From Chitinophaga pinensis (lineage in GTDB: Bacteria; Bacteroidota; Bacteroidia; UBA7662; JAIXUI01): a DNA stretch of 64,000 bases. This document shows positions 18,852 through 28,316 of this stretch, piece by piece (position 1 is the first letter of the stretch; every line of letters begins with the position of its first letter). Position numbers and translations under genes: made by a program. The notes under the pieces were generated by a model. That model worked only from the letters and a program-made list of their open reading frames with translations. It was not told the DNA's origin and made no database searches. The stretch is from positions 2,502-66,501 of the forward strand of contig CALSBM010000007.1 of assembly GCA_943373175.1 (NCBI GenBank), given 5' to 3'.

Positions 18852-20252
18852 TTACTGATTTGGCCCGGTAAAACGGGTGGTTAAGGTTTCTACTTTCTTA
18901 TCACCGACATAAACTTCAACTTGAAGCTTCATTCCTGGTGCACGATAAAGTGCTTTCGGAATATCTACGAACATGGCGCCTTGCGCCAGACCCTGAGGTT
19001 GTAAGTGCAAATCGGCTCCAACCATCCTTATTCTGGCGGCTGGCATATCTTTTACAGCGAAGCGAACATCAATAGCTTCAAAAGTTTTATTGATTGATTT
19101 CAAGGTATAAAGATTAGCATAATAGGCTCCTTGTTCCATGTAGAGCTGGCCTTTCGCTCTCAATAAGGTTGTTTCTGTATCCGGCCTGGAAAACAGCATG
19201 TAGAAAAATATGGACAACAACACGGTAAGCACAACAGAGTATGCTTTAACTCGAGTTGTAAACACCTTGCTGGTCTTCTCGACAATGTTGTTATAAGAGG
19301 TATATCGAATTAATCCCTTTGGTTTATTCAAAGCCAGCATGATTTCATCGCATGCATCGATGCAATTGGTACAATTGATACATTCTAACTGAGTACCGTT
19401 TCTGATGTCTATACCAGTTGGACAAACCGCAACGCATTTCTTGCAATCAATACAGTCGCCGGCATCAGCCGGGCGATTCTTTATTACTTTATTCCGGCTT
19501 TCGCCACGTACAAAGTCGTAAGTAATGTTGATAGAATTCTTGTCAAGTAACACTCCCTGCAAACGCCCATAAGGGCAAACGATAATACAAGCTTGCTCTC
19601 TAAACCACCAATAAACAAAGAAGAAAATTCCTGTAAACAACGTGATAGTAAAAAGTCCGCCTAAATGCTGTTGGGGATTGTCGGTAATGATTTTAAATAA
19701 GTCGTCGGTGCCAATAATATAAGCAAGAAATGTGTTGGCAATCAGAAAAGAAAGCGTAAAAAACAAGATGAATTTCACCCCTCTTTTGCGAATTTTTTCT
19801 GCATTCCAAGGCATTCCAGCAAGTTTCCGTTGTTGAGCAGCATCACCTTCAATCCAATATTCTATTTTCCTAAATACCATTTCCATGAAGATGGTTTGAG
19901 GACATACCCAACCGCAGAAAAGCCTGCCAAATACTGCTGTAAACAAGAGAATAAAAACAATAAAACTAATTACTCCAACAACTAATACGTTGAAGTCTTG
20001 TGGCCAGAATGCAAGTCCAAAAATGATAAACTTACGCTCCAACACATTGAAGAGCATGAACGGATGTCCATTTACTCTCATGAAAGGACCAGAAAACAGC
20101 AGTGCCAGAAAGAACCAACTCAGGTAAGTGCGGTATTTGTAAAAAACACCTTTAACTCTTTTGGGGAAAATCCAAATGCGGTGTCCGTCTTCATCTACCG
20201 TTGCGATGGTATCTCTGTATGAGTTTTTCTTATCTGATGCTGCTGTTTCCAT
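18852..20252 (-). CDS. ccoG: cytochrome c oxidase accessory protein CcoG (polyferredoxin)
   Basis: Two 4Fe-4S ferredoxin motifs, CIDCKKCVAVCP and CINCTNCIDAC, plus N-terminal TM helices. Confidence 0.85.
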   Translation of the reverse strand: METAASDKKNSYRDTIATVDEDGHRIWIFPKRVKGVFYKYRTYLSWFFLALLFSGPFMRVNGHPFMLFNVLERKFIIFGLAFWPQDFNVLVVGVISFIVFILLFTAVFGRLFCGWVCPQTIFMEMVFRKIEYWIEGDAAQQRKLAGMPWNAEKIRKRGVKFILFFTLSFLIANTFLAYIIGTDDLFKIITDNPQQHLGGLFTITLFTGIFFFVYWWFREQACIIVCPYGRLQGVLLDKNSINITYDFVRGESRNKVIKNRPADAGDCIDCKKCVAVCPTGIDIRNGTQLECINCTNCIDACDEIMLALNKPKGLIRYTSYNNIVEKTSKVFTTRVKAYSVVLTVLLSIFFYMLFSRPDTETTLLRAKGQLYMEQGAYYANLYTLKSINKTFEAIDVRFAVKDMPAARIRMVGADLHLQPQGLAQGAMFVDIPKALYRAPGMKLQVEVYVGDKKVETLTTRFTGPNQ

Positions 20253-20275
20253 AATCTTTAGTGAGATATGCTTAA

Positions 20276-20833
20276 CTAATTCGTAACGAGTTCCCCTTGC
20301 GCTTCTTTAGGATTAGCAGGTTTAGTTCCATGCAAGCTGTGGATGTAGCTGGCTACTTCAACTATCTGAGCTGGTTTTAAACTTGCTTCCCAAGGAATCA
20401 TGCCTTTTTCAGGTACTCCTTTAGAAATCACCCTTACTAAATCCTCTACCTTATTACCGTGGAGATAATAATCATCGGTAAGATTTGGACCTACTAAGCC
20501 TTCTCCATTCTGACCGTGGCATGCGGCACAATTAGCAGTAAAGATGACTTTTCCTTTCTCTAGCACCCCGGCCTCAGAACTGAAAGCCAGTTGAACCAAT
20601 CCTTGAGCAGCTTCTGCTTTCTTACGAACAGCTTCTCCTTCTTTCATTTCTGCCAGATACTCTTCTTCTTGCGAGAGTCCGCTTCCAATGATGTGGTAAC
20701 GGGCTATGTACACCACAGAGAAAAGAATAGTGATGTAGAAAAGGTACAGCCACCACGGTGGAAGGTCATTGTCAAACTCTTTGATGCCATCATAATCATG
20801 ATCCAGCAATTCGTCTTTTACTTTCTTTGACAT
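20276..20833 (-). CDS. ccoP: cbb3-type cytochrome c oxidase subunit CcoP-like (FixP N-terminal domain plus one CxxCH cytochrome c domain)
   Basis: DNDLPPWWLYLFY FixP N-terminal motif, a TM helix and one heme site CAACH. The gene is preceded by an AGGAGG Shine-Dalgarno-like element. Confidence 0.75.
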   Translation of the reverse strand: MSKKVKDELLDHDYDGIKEFDNDLPPWWLYLFYITILFSVVYIARYHIIGSGLSQEEEYLAEMKEGEAVRKKAEAAQGLVQLAFSSEAGVLEKGKVIFTANCAACHGQNGEGLVGPNLTDDYYLHGNKVEDLVRVISKGVPEKGMIPWEASLKPAQIVEVASYIHSLHGTKPANPKEAQGELVTN

Positions 20834-20842
20834 GGTTAGTCC

Positions 20843-20998
20843 TCCTGTTAATTCAGTCTAATGGGATGTTTCGGTAATAATCGATATCGCTTTTTTTGGT
20901 AATTATTGCCTTAACCGAGAAAGCGATAAACACGGCAAGGAACAAGCTAAGTCCGATGATGGGAAATACATCGACATCTTGTATAGACTCTAAAACAT
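20843..20998 (-). CDS. ccoQ: CcoQ/FixQ-like small membrane protein (51 aa)
   Basis: Hand-translated from the minus strand: MIRNVLESIQDVDVFPIIGLSLFLAVFIAFSVKAIITKKSDIDYYRNIPLD. It has a single TM helix and sits between ccoNO and ccoP. It is below the 60-aa cut-off of the ORF track. Confidence 0.55.
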
Positions 20999-21013
20999 TT
21001 CGAATCATATTGA

Positions 21014-23155
21014 TTAGCGTTGAGCGGTTTCTTTTTTGGTTTGGATATCGGTGCCAAGGCGTTGCAGGTAAGCAATTAAGGCCACCATTTCAGATTCAGG
21101 TTTTGCTTTTATTCCAGATAATGCCAAATCTGCGACAATTCCATCTGCTTGGACTTTCATATCTGCAAGTGCCTGATGCTCATAGTTTTCTGGATAAGGC
21201 ACTCCAAGGTTGCGCATTACCCGGATTTTATTAGGAGTAACGCTCCATTTGGCATCGCTTTCTACTAACCAAGGATAAGGAGGCATCAGTGAACCCGGAC
21301 TCATGGAACGAGGATCAACCATGTGCTTATAATGCCATGCTCTTCCAGAGCCGGAGGGATATTTAGAACCTACCCGATGCAAATCAGGACCAGTACGTTT
21401 AGACCCCCAAAGGAATGGATGATCATAAACAAACTCACCTGCTTTAGAATATTCGCCATAGCGTTCGGTTTCTGAACGGAAGGGACGAACCAATTGCGAG
21501 TGACATGAGTTACAACCTTCTTTGATGTAAACATCACGACCCGTTAATTCGAGCGGTGAATAGGGTTTTACACTGGAAATGGTGGGGATGTTGGATTTCA
21601 CCAGGAAGGCAGGGAAGAATTCAACTGCTCCGCCGATTAATATAGCAACGGTAGTAAGCACTGTAAACAACACTGGTTTACGCTCAAGGACTCGGTGGCC
21701 ATAGCCAACTTTAGGATTTTCCTCATGTTTTTCGGCTACCTGAACGATAACATTCTCATTGGCTACGAGTTTCTTACCAGCCATAGTCATGATGAGGTTG
21801 TAAACCATTACAAGTGCGCCAACGAGGTAAAGAACTCCGCCAATTCCACGAATGATGTACATCGGAATTATCTGAGTAACAGTATCAAGGAAGTTCGGAT
21901 ACATCAAGTAACCGTCTGGAGTAAACTGCTTCCACATTAATCCCTGGGTTACACCAGCCCAATACATGGCCATTACCCAGAAAACAATTCCAATTGTACC
22001 TATCCAAAAGTGAAAATTGGCCAGTTTCTCAGAATACAGCTTAGTATTGAACAGTTTAGGAATAAGATAATAAAGCATAGCAAAGGTTAGGAATCCATTC
22101 CATCCGAGCGTTCCAACATGAACGTGAGCTGGAATCCAGTCTGTGAAGTGAGACAACGCATTTACATTCTTCAATGAATGCATTGGCCCTTCGAAAGTGG
22201 CCATACCATAAGAAGTGATGGCTACGACCAAGAACTTCAGCCTTGAATCTTCTCTTACTTTATCCCAAACTCCCCTGAGGGTAAGCAATCCGTTTATCAT
22301 ACCACCCCAAGAAGGAGCTATCAACATGATAGAAAACACAACTCCGAGAGATTGAGCCCAATCGGGAAGTGCAGAATAGAGCAAGTGGTGAGGTCCTGCC
22401 CAGATATACAGGAAAATCAGTGACCAGAAGTGAATAATAGAAAGGCGGTAAGAGTAAACCGGACGATCTGCCAACTTCGGCAGAAAATAGTACATCAATC
22501 CGAGGTACGGGGTGGTTAGGAAGAAGGCTACTGCATTGTGGCCGTACCACCATTGTACGAGCGCATCCTGAACCCCTGCATACATGGAGTAACTTTTGAA
22601 CAAGTTAACCGGTATTTCAAAGGAGTTAACTATATGCAGCACTGCAACCGTTACCAAGGTGGCGATGTAGAACCAGATAGCCACATACATGTGCTTTTCG
22701 TTCCTTTTGAGGATAGTTCCTATCATGTTGATGCCAAAGACAACCCATATCAGGGTAATGGCAATGTCAATGGGCCATTCTAACTCAGCATACTCTTTCG
22801 AGGTGGTGATGCCAAGAGGTAAAGTAAGTGCAGCCGCAACGATGATTAACTGCCAACCCCAGAAATGGATGTTGCTGAGCAAATCGCTGAACATTCTGGT
22901 TTTGCAAAGTCGTTGGAGCGAGTAGTAAATGCCCATAAAAATGGCATTACCCACGAAGGCGAAAATCACTGCATTGGTATGCAGCGGTCGGATTCGGCCA
23001 TAGGTGGTGTACGGATTGCCCAGATTGAGCGAAGGTTCCACAAGTTGGAAGGCAATGACGACGCCCACCAACATGCCTACAATGCCCCAAAGCATTGTAG
23101 CGACCGCGAAGTTCTTCACGATTCGGTTGTCATAGGAAACGCTGAGTTCGGCCAT
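21014..23155 (-). CDS. ccoNO: cbb3-type cytochrome c oxidase subunits I+II fusion (CcoN-CcoO)
   Basis: 713-aa protein. The N-terminal roughly 470 aa is a heme-copper oxidase subunit I (12 TM helices, conserved His ligands). The C-terminal part is CcoO with CNSCH heme site (GCNSCHSQLVRPF). Confidence 0.9.
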   Translation of the reverse strand: MAELSVSYDNRIVKNFAVATMLWGIVGMLVGVVIAFQLVEPSLNLGNPYTTYGRIRPLHTNAVIFAFVGNAIFMGIYYSLQRLCKTRMFSDLLSNIHFWGWQLIIVAAALTLPLGITTSKEYAELEWPIDIAITLIWVVFGINMIGTILKRNEKHMYVAIWFYIATLVTVAVLHIVNSFEIPVNLFKSYSMYAGVQDALVQWWYGHNAVAFFLTTPYLGLMYYFLPKLADRPVYSYRLSIIHFWSLIFLYIWAGPHHLLYSALPDWAQSLGVVFSIMLIAPSWGGMINGLLTLRGVWDKVREDSRLKFLVVAITSYGMATFEGPMHSLKNVNALSHFTDWIPAHVHVGTLGWNGFLTFAMLYYLIPKLFNTKLYSEKLANFHFWIGTIGIVFWVMAMYWAGVTQGLMWKQFTPDGYLMYPNFLDTVTQIIPMYIIRGIGGVLYLVGALVMVYNLIMTMAGKKLVANENVIVQVAEKHEENPKVGYGHRVLERKPVLFTVLTTVAILIGGAVEFFPAFLVKSNIPTISSVKPYSPLELTGRDVYIKEGCNSCHSQLVRPFRSETERYGEYSKAGEFVYDHPFLWGSKRTGPDLHRVGSKYPSGSGRAWHYKHMVDPRSMSPGSLMPPYPWLVESDAKWSVTPNKIRVMRNLGVPYPENYEHQALADMKVQADGIVADLALSGIKAKPESEMVALIAYLQRLGTDIQTKKETAQR

Positions 23156-23175
23156 AGGTTAAAAGTTTATCAGTT

Positions 23176-23334
23176 TCAGGGGTTAGTTTCTTCAGCTTGG
23201 TCTTCGAATAGCATTCTAACCGAAGGAGTGTAATCGTCCTCATACTGGCCACTTTTCACTGACTTGATGAAAGCGTAAAGGAAAAACCCTGCTACCAGCA
23301 GGCTCACTCCCATGAGAAAAGCGATTATCTCCAT
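23176..23334 (-). CDS. ccoS: cbb3 oxidase maturation protein CcoS (52 aa)
   Basis: Hand-translated: MEIIAFLMGVSLLVAGFFLYAFIKSVKSGQYEDDYTPSVRMLFEDQAEETNP. It has a single TM helix followed by an SGQYED motif (the family signature is GQ[FY]DD). It lies between ccoI and ccoNO and is absent from the ORF track. Confidence 0.65.
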   Translation of the reverse strand: MEIIAFLMGVSLLVAGFFLYAFIKSVKSGQYEDDYTPSVRMLFEDQAEETNP

Positions 23335-23418
23335 TTGCGATTAGAATTATTTAGATACAAATATCCTATTTTAATCGGACTTAACAGCCAACTTTAGATA
23401 TATTTTTACCTGTATATC

Positions 23419-25869
23419 TTATTTTTTTCTCTTTAGCATGCTCGCATCGAGACGAGAAGCACGATAATGAGCCTGACCAACTGCCAAGCTAACTACTGTA
23501 ATAGTGCTTAAAGGCATCATAATCGCTGACACCAACGGACTTAACGAGCCGGATAATGCAAAGGATAATCCCACTGCATTGTACCCAAGCGACATCATCA
23601 AGTTGTTTCTTAAGATCTTTCTGGAATTCGTAGCATACTGCAACAATACCGGCAAAAAGGGAACTTTTGCACCTTCAAGAATGGCATCGGAAGCAGGGCT
23701 GAATTGTGAACTGTCTTCGGCAACAGCCATTCCTACTTCAGCCTTTTTCAATGCGCCGGCATCGTTCAATCCATCGCCTACCATCAAAACACGCCTACCT
23801 TGAGCCTGTAGTTCTTGGATTTTCTGAAGCTTATCGGAGGGGCTTTGATTAAAATACATTACGGTATTTGTACCAAACATTTGGCGCAAACGTGGGGCTT
23901 CGGAATCGTTGTCGCCGGAAAGAATCACAACGCGGTAGCGGGCGGCAAGCAATGAAGCTGCTTCTTCCAAGCCGCTTCTCCATGCATTAGTAAAACTAAC
24001 GTACCCCCTTACTTCATTGTTGATGGCAATATAAACTGCGGTAAGGCCTGGATTACCACTCTGTGGGAGTCCTTCCATTACAAAAGTGCGGCTTCCAATA
24101 GTCACTTCTTGCCCATCAATAATGGCTAAAATGCCTCGTCCCTTAATTTCATCAAACAGGTCAACTTTTTTGCTTCCATTCCCGGGAAGATATTGGTAGA
24201 GCAGTTTGCTTAAAGGGTGAGTAGAGTTTCTGCACGCCGACTTCACCAATTCTTTATCTTCATCGGATAGAAACAGCTTGCTGCTATCGATTGTCTGTAA
24301 ATCTGTTTGAGTTAATGTCCCAGTTTTATCCAGTACAACCGTATCAATACGGGTTAACCGATCAATGACATCCGGATTTTTCAGATAAAGATGCTGAAGT
24401 CCTAAGCGATGCATCATGGTACTGTATGTGAATGGAGCGGAAAGTGCCAAAGCGCACGGGCAAGCGATAATAAGCACAGAAACTAAAACCCTTATGGCCA
24501 ATGGAAGCGAAGAAATCGACCAAAAGGCAAACCCTCCTATGGCCAAAGCAAGAACTAATGGGGTAAAGACTTTGCTTATCCGATCCGTAATGTTCTGATA
24601 AGGCTGATCAACCAACTTTTTAAACGCTTCGTCGTTCCAAAGCTGGGTCAAATAGCTTTGAGATGCCGGTTTCAAAACTTCTGCTTCTACCGCCCCGCCG
24701 ATTACCTTTCCTCCTGCAAAAAGAATATCTCCCCGAAACTTCTCCACCGGATGGCTTTCTCCTGTTACAAACGAATAGTCCATCAAGGTTTTATCGGAAA
24801 CCAACACAGCATCAGCGGGAACAATTTCTTCATTTCTTACCAGAACATAATCACCCGGAACCAACTGGGTAATGTTGATGCTTTCTTCCTTGCCATTCAC
24901 AATTTTAATGCTCGCTAATGGGAAAAAAGAGCGGTAATCGTGCTCGAAACTTAGTCTGTTAAAGGTTTTTCGCTGAAGGTATTTCCCTAACATGAGGAAA
25001 AACAACAATCCCCCGAGCGAATCGTAATATCCCGAACCTGTAGCAGACAAGGTTTCATACAATGACTGAAAGAAGAGTGCTAATATTCCAAGGCTAATGG
25101 GAACATCGATGTTAAGAATCTTTTGTTTTAAGCCGGCAAGAGCCGAAATGTAGTAATCCTTAGAAACATAGGTTACAACTGGAACTATCAACAACACATT
25201 CAATATGCTGATAGCCCTTTCAATCATAGGACTATTCAGACCATCTTCGGCAAGATACTCCGGAAAGCCCAGTAACATTAGATTTCCGAAACAGAAGCCT
25301 GCGATACCAATTCGGTACAACATGTGCCTGCTTTCCTTGTCCACAGCCTTTTTTTGATTGACAGCCATGTTAAGCTGAGGCTCATATCCAATTGCAGTTA
25401 GTGTTTCAACAATTTTTCTAACACTGAGAATTCGTGGGTCAAAGTCGAGACGAAGCTGCCTGCGGGGAAAATCTACCCTTGCGGCCAACACGCCCTCAAC
25501 CAACCGATGAAAGTTTTCTAACAAGTAAATGCAAGCCGAACAATGCATCTGCGGCAAGTGAAAGCTTAATACTGCTTGTTCCGCAGAATCAAAAGAAAGC
25601 AAGGATTTCGCGATAGCAGGTTCATCCAGAAAACCAAATCGCAAATCGGAGCGCATCTCCGAAAAACTCTGACCTTGATTATTGTTTAAATCGTAGTACT
25701 GACAAAGCCCTTTTTCTTCCAGTAACTCATAAACCGACTTGCAGCCGGTACAGCAAAAAACTTTATCCTTAAATAAGGTAGAAACAATAGGTTGATAACT
25801 AAACTGGTTACCGCAATGGAAGCAGGACGAAGCAGCAACTTTAGAGGGAGCATCAGAATAAGCAGCCAT
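23419..25869 (-). CDS. ccoI: copper-translocating P1B-type ATPase CcoI/FixI
   Basis: 816-aa protein with N-terminal Cys motifs (CFHCGNQF, CCTGCKSVYE), the CPC metal motif (IIACPCALALS), DKTGTLT phosphorylation site and GDGLNDAGAL hinge. Confidence 0.85.
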   Translation of the reverse strand: MAAYSDAPSKVAASSCFHCGNQFSYQPIVSTLFKDKVFCCTGCKSVYELLEEKGLCQYYDLNNNQGQSFSEMRSDLRFGFLDEPAIAKSLLSFDSAEQAVLSFHLPQMHCSACIYLLENFHRLVEGVLAARVDFPRRQLRLDFDPRILSVRKIVETLTAIGYEPQLNMAVNQKKAVDKESRHMLYRIGIAGFCFGNLMLLGFPEYLAEDGLNSPMIERAISILNVLLIVPVVTYVSKDYYISALAGLKQKILNIDVPISLGILALFFQSLYETLSATGSGYYDSLGGLLFFLMLGKYLQRKTFNRLSFEHDYRSFFPLASIKIVNGKEESINITQLVPGDYVLVRNEEIVPADAVLVSDKTLMDYSFVTGESHPVEKFRGDILFAGGKVIGGAVEAEVLKPASQSYLTQLWNDEAFKKLVDQPYQNITDRISKVFTPLVLALAIGGFAFWSISSLPLAIRVLVSVLIIACPCALALSAPFTYSTMMHRLGLQHLYLKNPDVIDRLTRIDTVVLDKTGTLTQTDLQTIDSSKLFLSDEDKELVKSACRNSTHPLSKLLYQYLPGNGSKKVDLFDEIKGRGILAIIDGQEVTIGSRTFVMEGLPQSGNPGLTAVYIAINNEVRGYVSFTNAWRSGLEEAASLLAARYRVVILSGDNDSEAPRLRQMFGTNTVMYFNQSPSDKLQKIQELQAQGRRVLMVGDGLNDAGALKKAEVGMAVAEDSSQFSPASDAILEGAKVPFLPVLLQYATNSRKILRNNLMMSLGYNAVGLSFALSGSLSPLVSAIMMPLSTITVVSLAVGQAHYRASRLDASMLKRKK

Positions 25870-25980
25870 GGGGCAAATTTAGTATTTTATACTTTTATAT
25901 CTTTTTATTTGTTAATCTTTTTTTCTTTTAAAATGAACATCAAAGGGGGTTGGATTGTCATAGATTTGCAACCTAATAGT

Positions 25981-26355
25981 ATGAAAAGCATTCTGACTAC
26001 ACTTTTGATTGCGGCCAGTCTAACCGCAATGGCACAAGGCGAATGGAAAGCGCCTGCATCTGCCAAGAGTACCAAAAACCCTGTAAAAGCTGACGCTGCT
26101 TCCATTGCAAGAGGGAAGACACATTTCACTAAAAACTGTGTAAGCTGCCATGGAGCATCGGGCTTAGGTGACACTCCAACAGGAAAAGCAGTTAAAGCGG
26201 CCAATCTGAAAGTAAAACTTCCTAAACAAGTTGATGGAGAAGTTCATTGGAAACTAATGAACGGAAAAGGAGCGATGCTAAAAATTTCTTCTTACAAGCT
26301 CAGTGACAAGGATGGTTGGGACATTATCAACTACCTTCGGACATTTGCAAAATAA
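25981..26355 (+). CDS. class I c-type cytochrome (monoheme, periplasmic)
   Basis: Signal peptide MKSILTTLLIAASLTAMAQG and one CVSCH heme site. Start chosen at 25981 because the track ORF beginning at 25792 would overlap the ccoI start. Confidence 0.75.
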   Translation: MKSILTTLLIAASLTAMAQGEWKAPASAKSTKNPVKADAASIARGKTHFTKNCVSCHGASGLGDTPTGKAVKAANLKVKLPKQVDGEVHWKLMNGKGAMLKISSYKLSDKDGWDIINYLRTFAK

Positions 26356-26375
26356 TCCTTTATCGGATAATTAAA

Positions 26376-26401
26376 ACGCAGCAATCGCTGCGTTTTTTTT
26401 G
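26376..26401 (+). terminator. rho-independent terminator after the cytochrome c gene
   Basis: acgcagc-aatc-gctgcgt has a perfect 7-bp stem and is followed by T8. Confidence 0.7.
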
Positions 26402-26427
26402 TTATTTGGACATATAATTCTCAGAAA

Positions 26428-26667
26428 ATGATTGAAGCACAACCTACAGGAAACGCCCCGATTGGAGTGTCACTGGAAGCCGGTTCGTATTGGTATTGCG
26501 CCTGTGGACAGAGTAGTAAGCATCCCTTTTGCGATGGCACTCACAAAGGGACTGGACTGGCCCCTATCAAATTTGAACTTGAAGAAGCAAAAAAAGTATG
26601 GTTATGCGCATGTAAAGCCAGTAGTGGGCAACCTTTCTGCGACGGCACCCATAAAACTAAAGGCTAA
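26428..26667 (+). CDS. CDGSH iron-sulfur domain protein (two CDGSH motifs)
   Basis: 79-aa protein with two copies of the C-x-C-x10-CDGTHK pattern (CACGQSSKHPFCDGTHK and CACKASSGQPFCDGTHK). Confidence 0.8.
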   Translation: MIEAQPTGNAPIGVSLEAGSYWYCACGQSSKHPFCDGTHKGTGLAPIKFELEEAKKVWLCACKASSGQPFCDGTHKTKG

Positions 26668-26672
26668 CCGGC

Positions 26673-28316
26673 TTGAATCGCGCTGCTTTTTCTCTCCGAA
26701 TAAAGGAAGCATTAACCGGATTGGCTGTTGCGGGTAGTCTGGCCTTTACCGATCAATACTTCGAGTTATCGAAGCAATTGGAAATTTTCGCCTCCATGTA
26801 CAAGGAAGTGAACACTTACTATGTCGATGAAATTGAACCTGCTCGTTTCATGCGTACCGGAATTGACGCTATGCTTAAAAGCTTAGACCCTTATACCGAT
26901 TATATCAGCGAATCAGAAATTGAAGATTTTCGGTTTATGACTACCGGGCAATATGGAGGAATTGGCGCATTAGTTTCTAATCGTGACAGTGTAATTGTTA
27001 TAACCGACCCTTATGAAGGGTTTCCGGCACAAAAGGCCGGAATAATGGCCGGTGATTGTTTGTTAGAAGTTGACGATAAAAAAGTTGGAGGAAAATCAAC
27101 TGAAGACATTTCTAAACTGCTCAAAGGTCAACCGAAGACTTCCGTTAAACTCAAGATTAGGCGTGGAAATGAATCTCCTAAAGAGCTAACGATAACCCGA
27201 GAAGAAATTTCGGTAAAGAGTGTTCCATATTACGAAATGCTCAATCAAGAAACCGGCTACATTAAATACACCGGTTTTAAAAGCCAAAGTGGACAAGAAG
27301 TAGCCGATGCCATCAAAGCACTGAAAGCCAAGCAAATGAAGAAATTGATTCTGGATTTGCGGGACAATCCCGGTGGTTCATTAGATGAAGCCATCCGAAT
27401 TTCAGGCTTTTTCATCCCAAAAGGCAGCTTAGTAGTAGATACTAAAGGCAAATACAAGGATTGGGACAAATCCTACAAAACTTCGGAGGCTCCATTAGAC
27501 ACTCAAATCCCGTTGATTGTGTTGATTAATGAAAGCTCCGCATCCGCATCAGAAATTGTATCAGGTGTTGTACAAGACTATGACAGGGCAGTTGTGATGG
27601 GAGTAAAATCGTTTGGTAAAGGATTGGTTCAAACAGTTAGACCATTAACCTACAACACTCAGTTAAAAGTAACAACCGCCAAATACTACACCCCGAGTGG
27701 ACGGTGCGTTCAATCAATCAATTATTCCCAAAAAGGGAAAACAACCCGACCTGACTCACTCAAAGTTGCCTTCAAAACCAAAAATGGACGAACTGTTTAC
27801 GACGGCGGCGGAGTTTCACCTGATTTAGAAGTGAAAGAGCTGGAAAGCCCTTTAGTCTTGAATGCGCTTTTTGAGAAACGGCTATTGTTTGATTTTGCTA
27901 CTAATTATCGTCTTCAAAATCCAACGTTAATCGGAGGAAAAGACTTCCAAATTTCGAACGGACTTTTCCAGGAATTCAAGGCATTTCTTAAAGAACGCAA
28001 GTTCGATTACCTAACTGAAAGCGAAAAAATGTTGGAACAGTTTAAGAATAAAGCGAAAAAAGAACATTACTACGAAGCAGTTAAGGACGAATTTGAAAAA
28101 TTAACGACAACTTACCACCACGACAAAAGTCAGGACGTTGATAAAAACCGACCCGTAATTGAACAAGCATTAAGAGAAGAAATTATCTCCCGATACCTGT
28201 TTCAAAAAGGAAGGATTGAAGCCTCATTATCCACCGATGTCCAGGTTAAGAAAGCGATGGAAGTACTTGGTCAACCAGACATGTACCAAAAATATCTCAA
28301 AAGAACGCAGCCGTGA
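26673..28316 (+). CDS. S41 family C-terminal processing peptidase (PDZ domain)
   Basis: 547-aa protein with a PDZ region (GIMAGDCLLEVDDKKV) and an S41 catalytic region (LINESSASASEIVSG...GVKSFGKG). Confidence 0.85.
   Translation: MNRAAFSLRIKEALTGLAVAGSLAFTDQYFELSKQLEIFASMYKEVNTYYVDEIEPARFMRTGIDAMLKSLDPYTDYISESEIEDFRFMTTGQYGGIGALVSNRDSVIVITDPYEGFPAQKAGIMAGDCLLEVDDKKVGGKSTEDISKLLKGQPKTSVKLKIRRGNESPKELTITREEISVKSVPYYEMLNQETGYIKYTGFKSQSGQEVADAIKALKAKQMKKLILDLRDNPGGSLDEAIRISGFFIPKGSLVVDTKGKYKDWDKSYKTSEAPLDTQIPLIVLINESSASASEIVSGVVQDYDRAVVMGVKSFGKGLVQTVRPLTYNTQLKVTTAKYYTPSGRCVQSINYSQKGKTTRPDSLKVAFKTKNGRTVYDGGGVSPDLEVKELESPLVLNALFEKRLLFDFATNYRLQNPTLIGGKDFQISNGLFQEFKAFLKERKFDYLTESEKMLEQFKNKAKKEHYYEAVKDEFEKLTTTYHHDKSQDVDKNRPVIEQALREEIISRYLFQKGRIEASLSTDVQVKKAMEVLGQPDMYQKYLKRTQP

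Noticed and set aside
25792-25980. A 63-codon 5' extension of the cytochrome c ORF (track start 25792).
   Set aside because: It would overlap the divergent ccoI start (25869). The Met at 25981 starts a canonical signal peptide, and the upstream part encodes a non-protein-like sequence.
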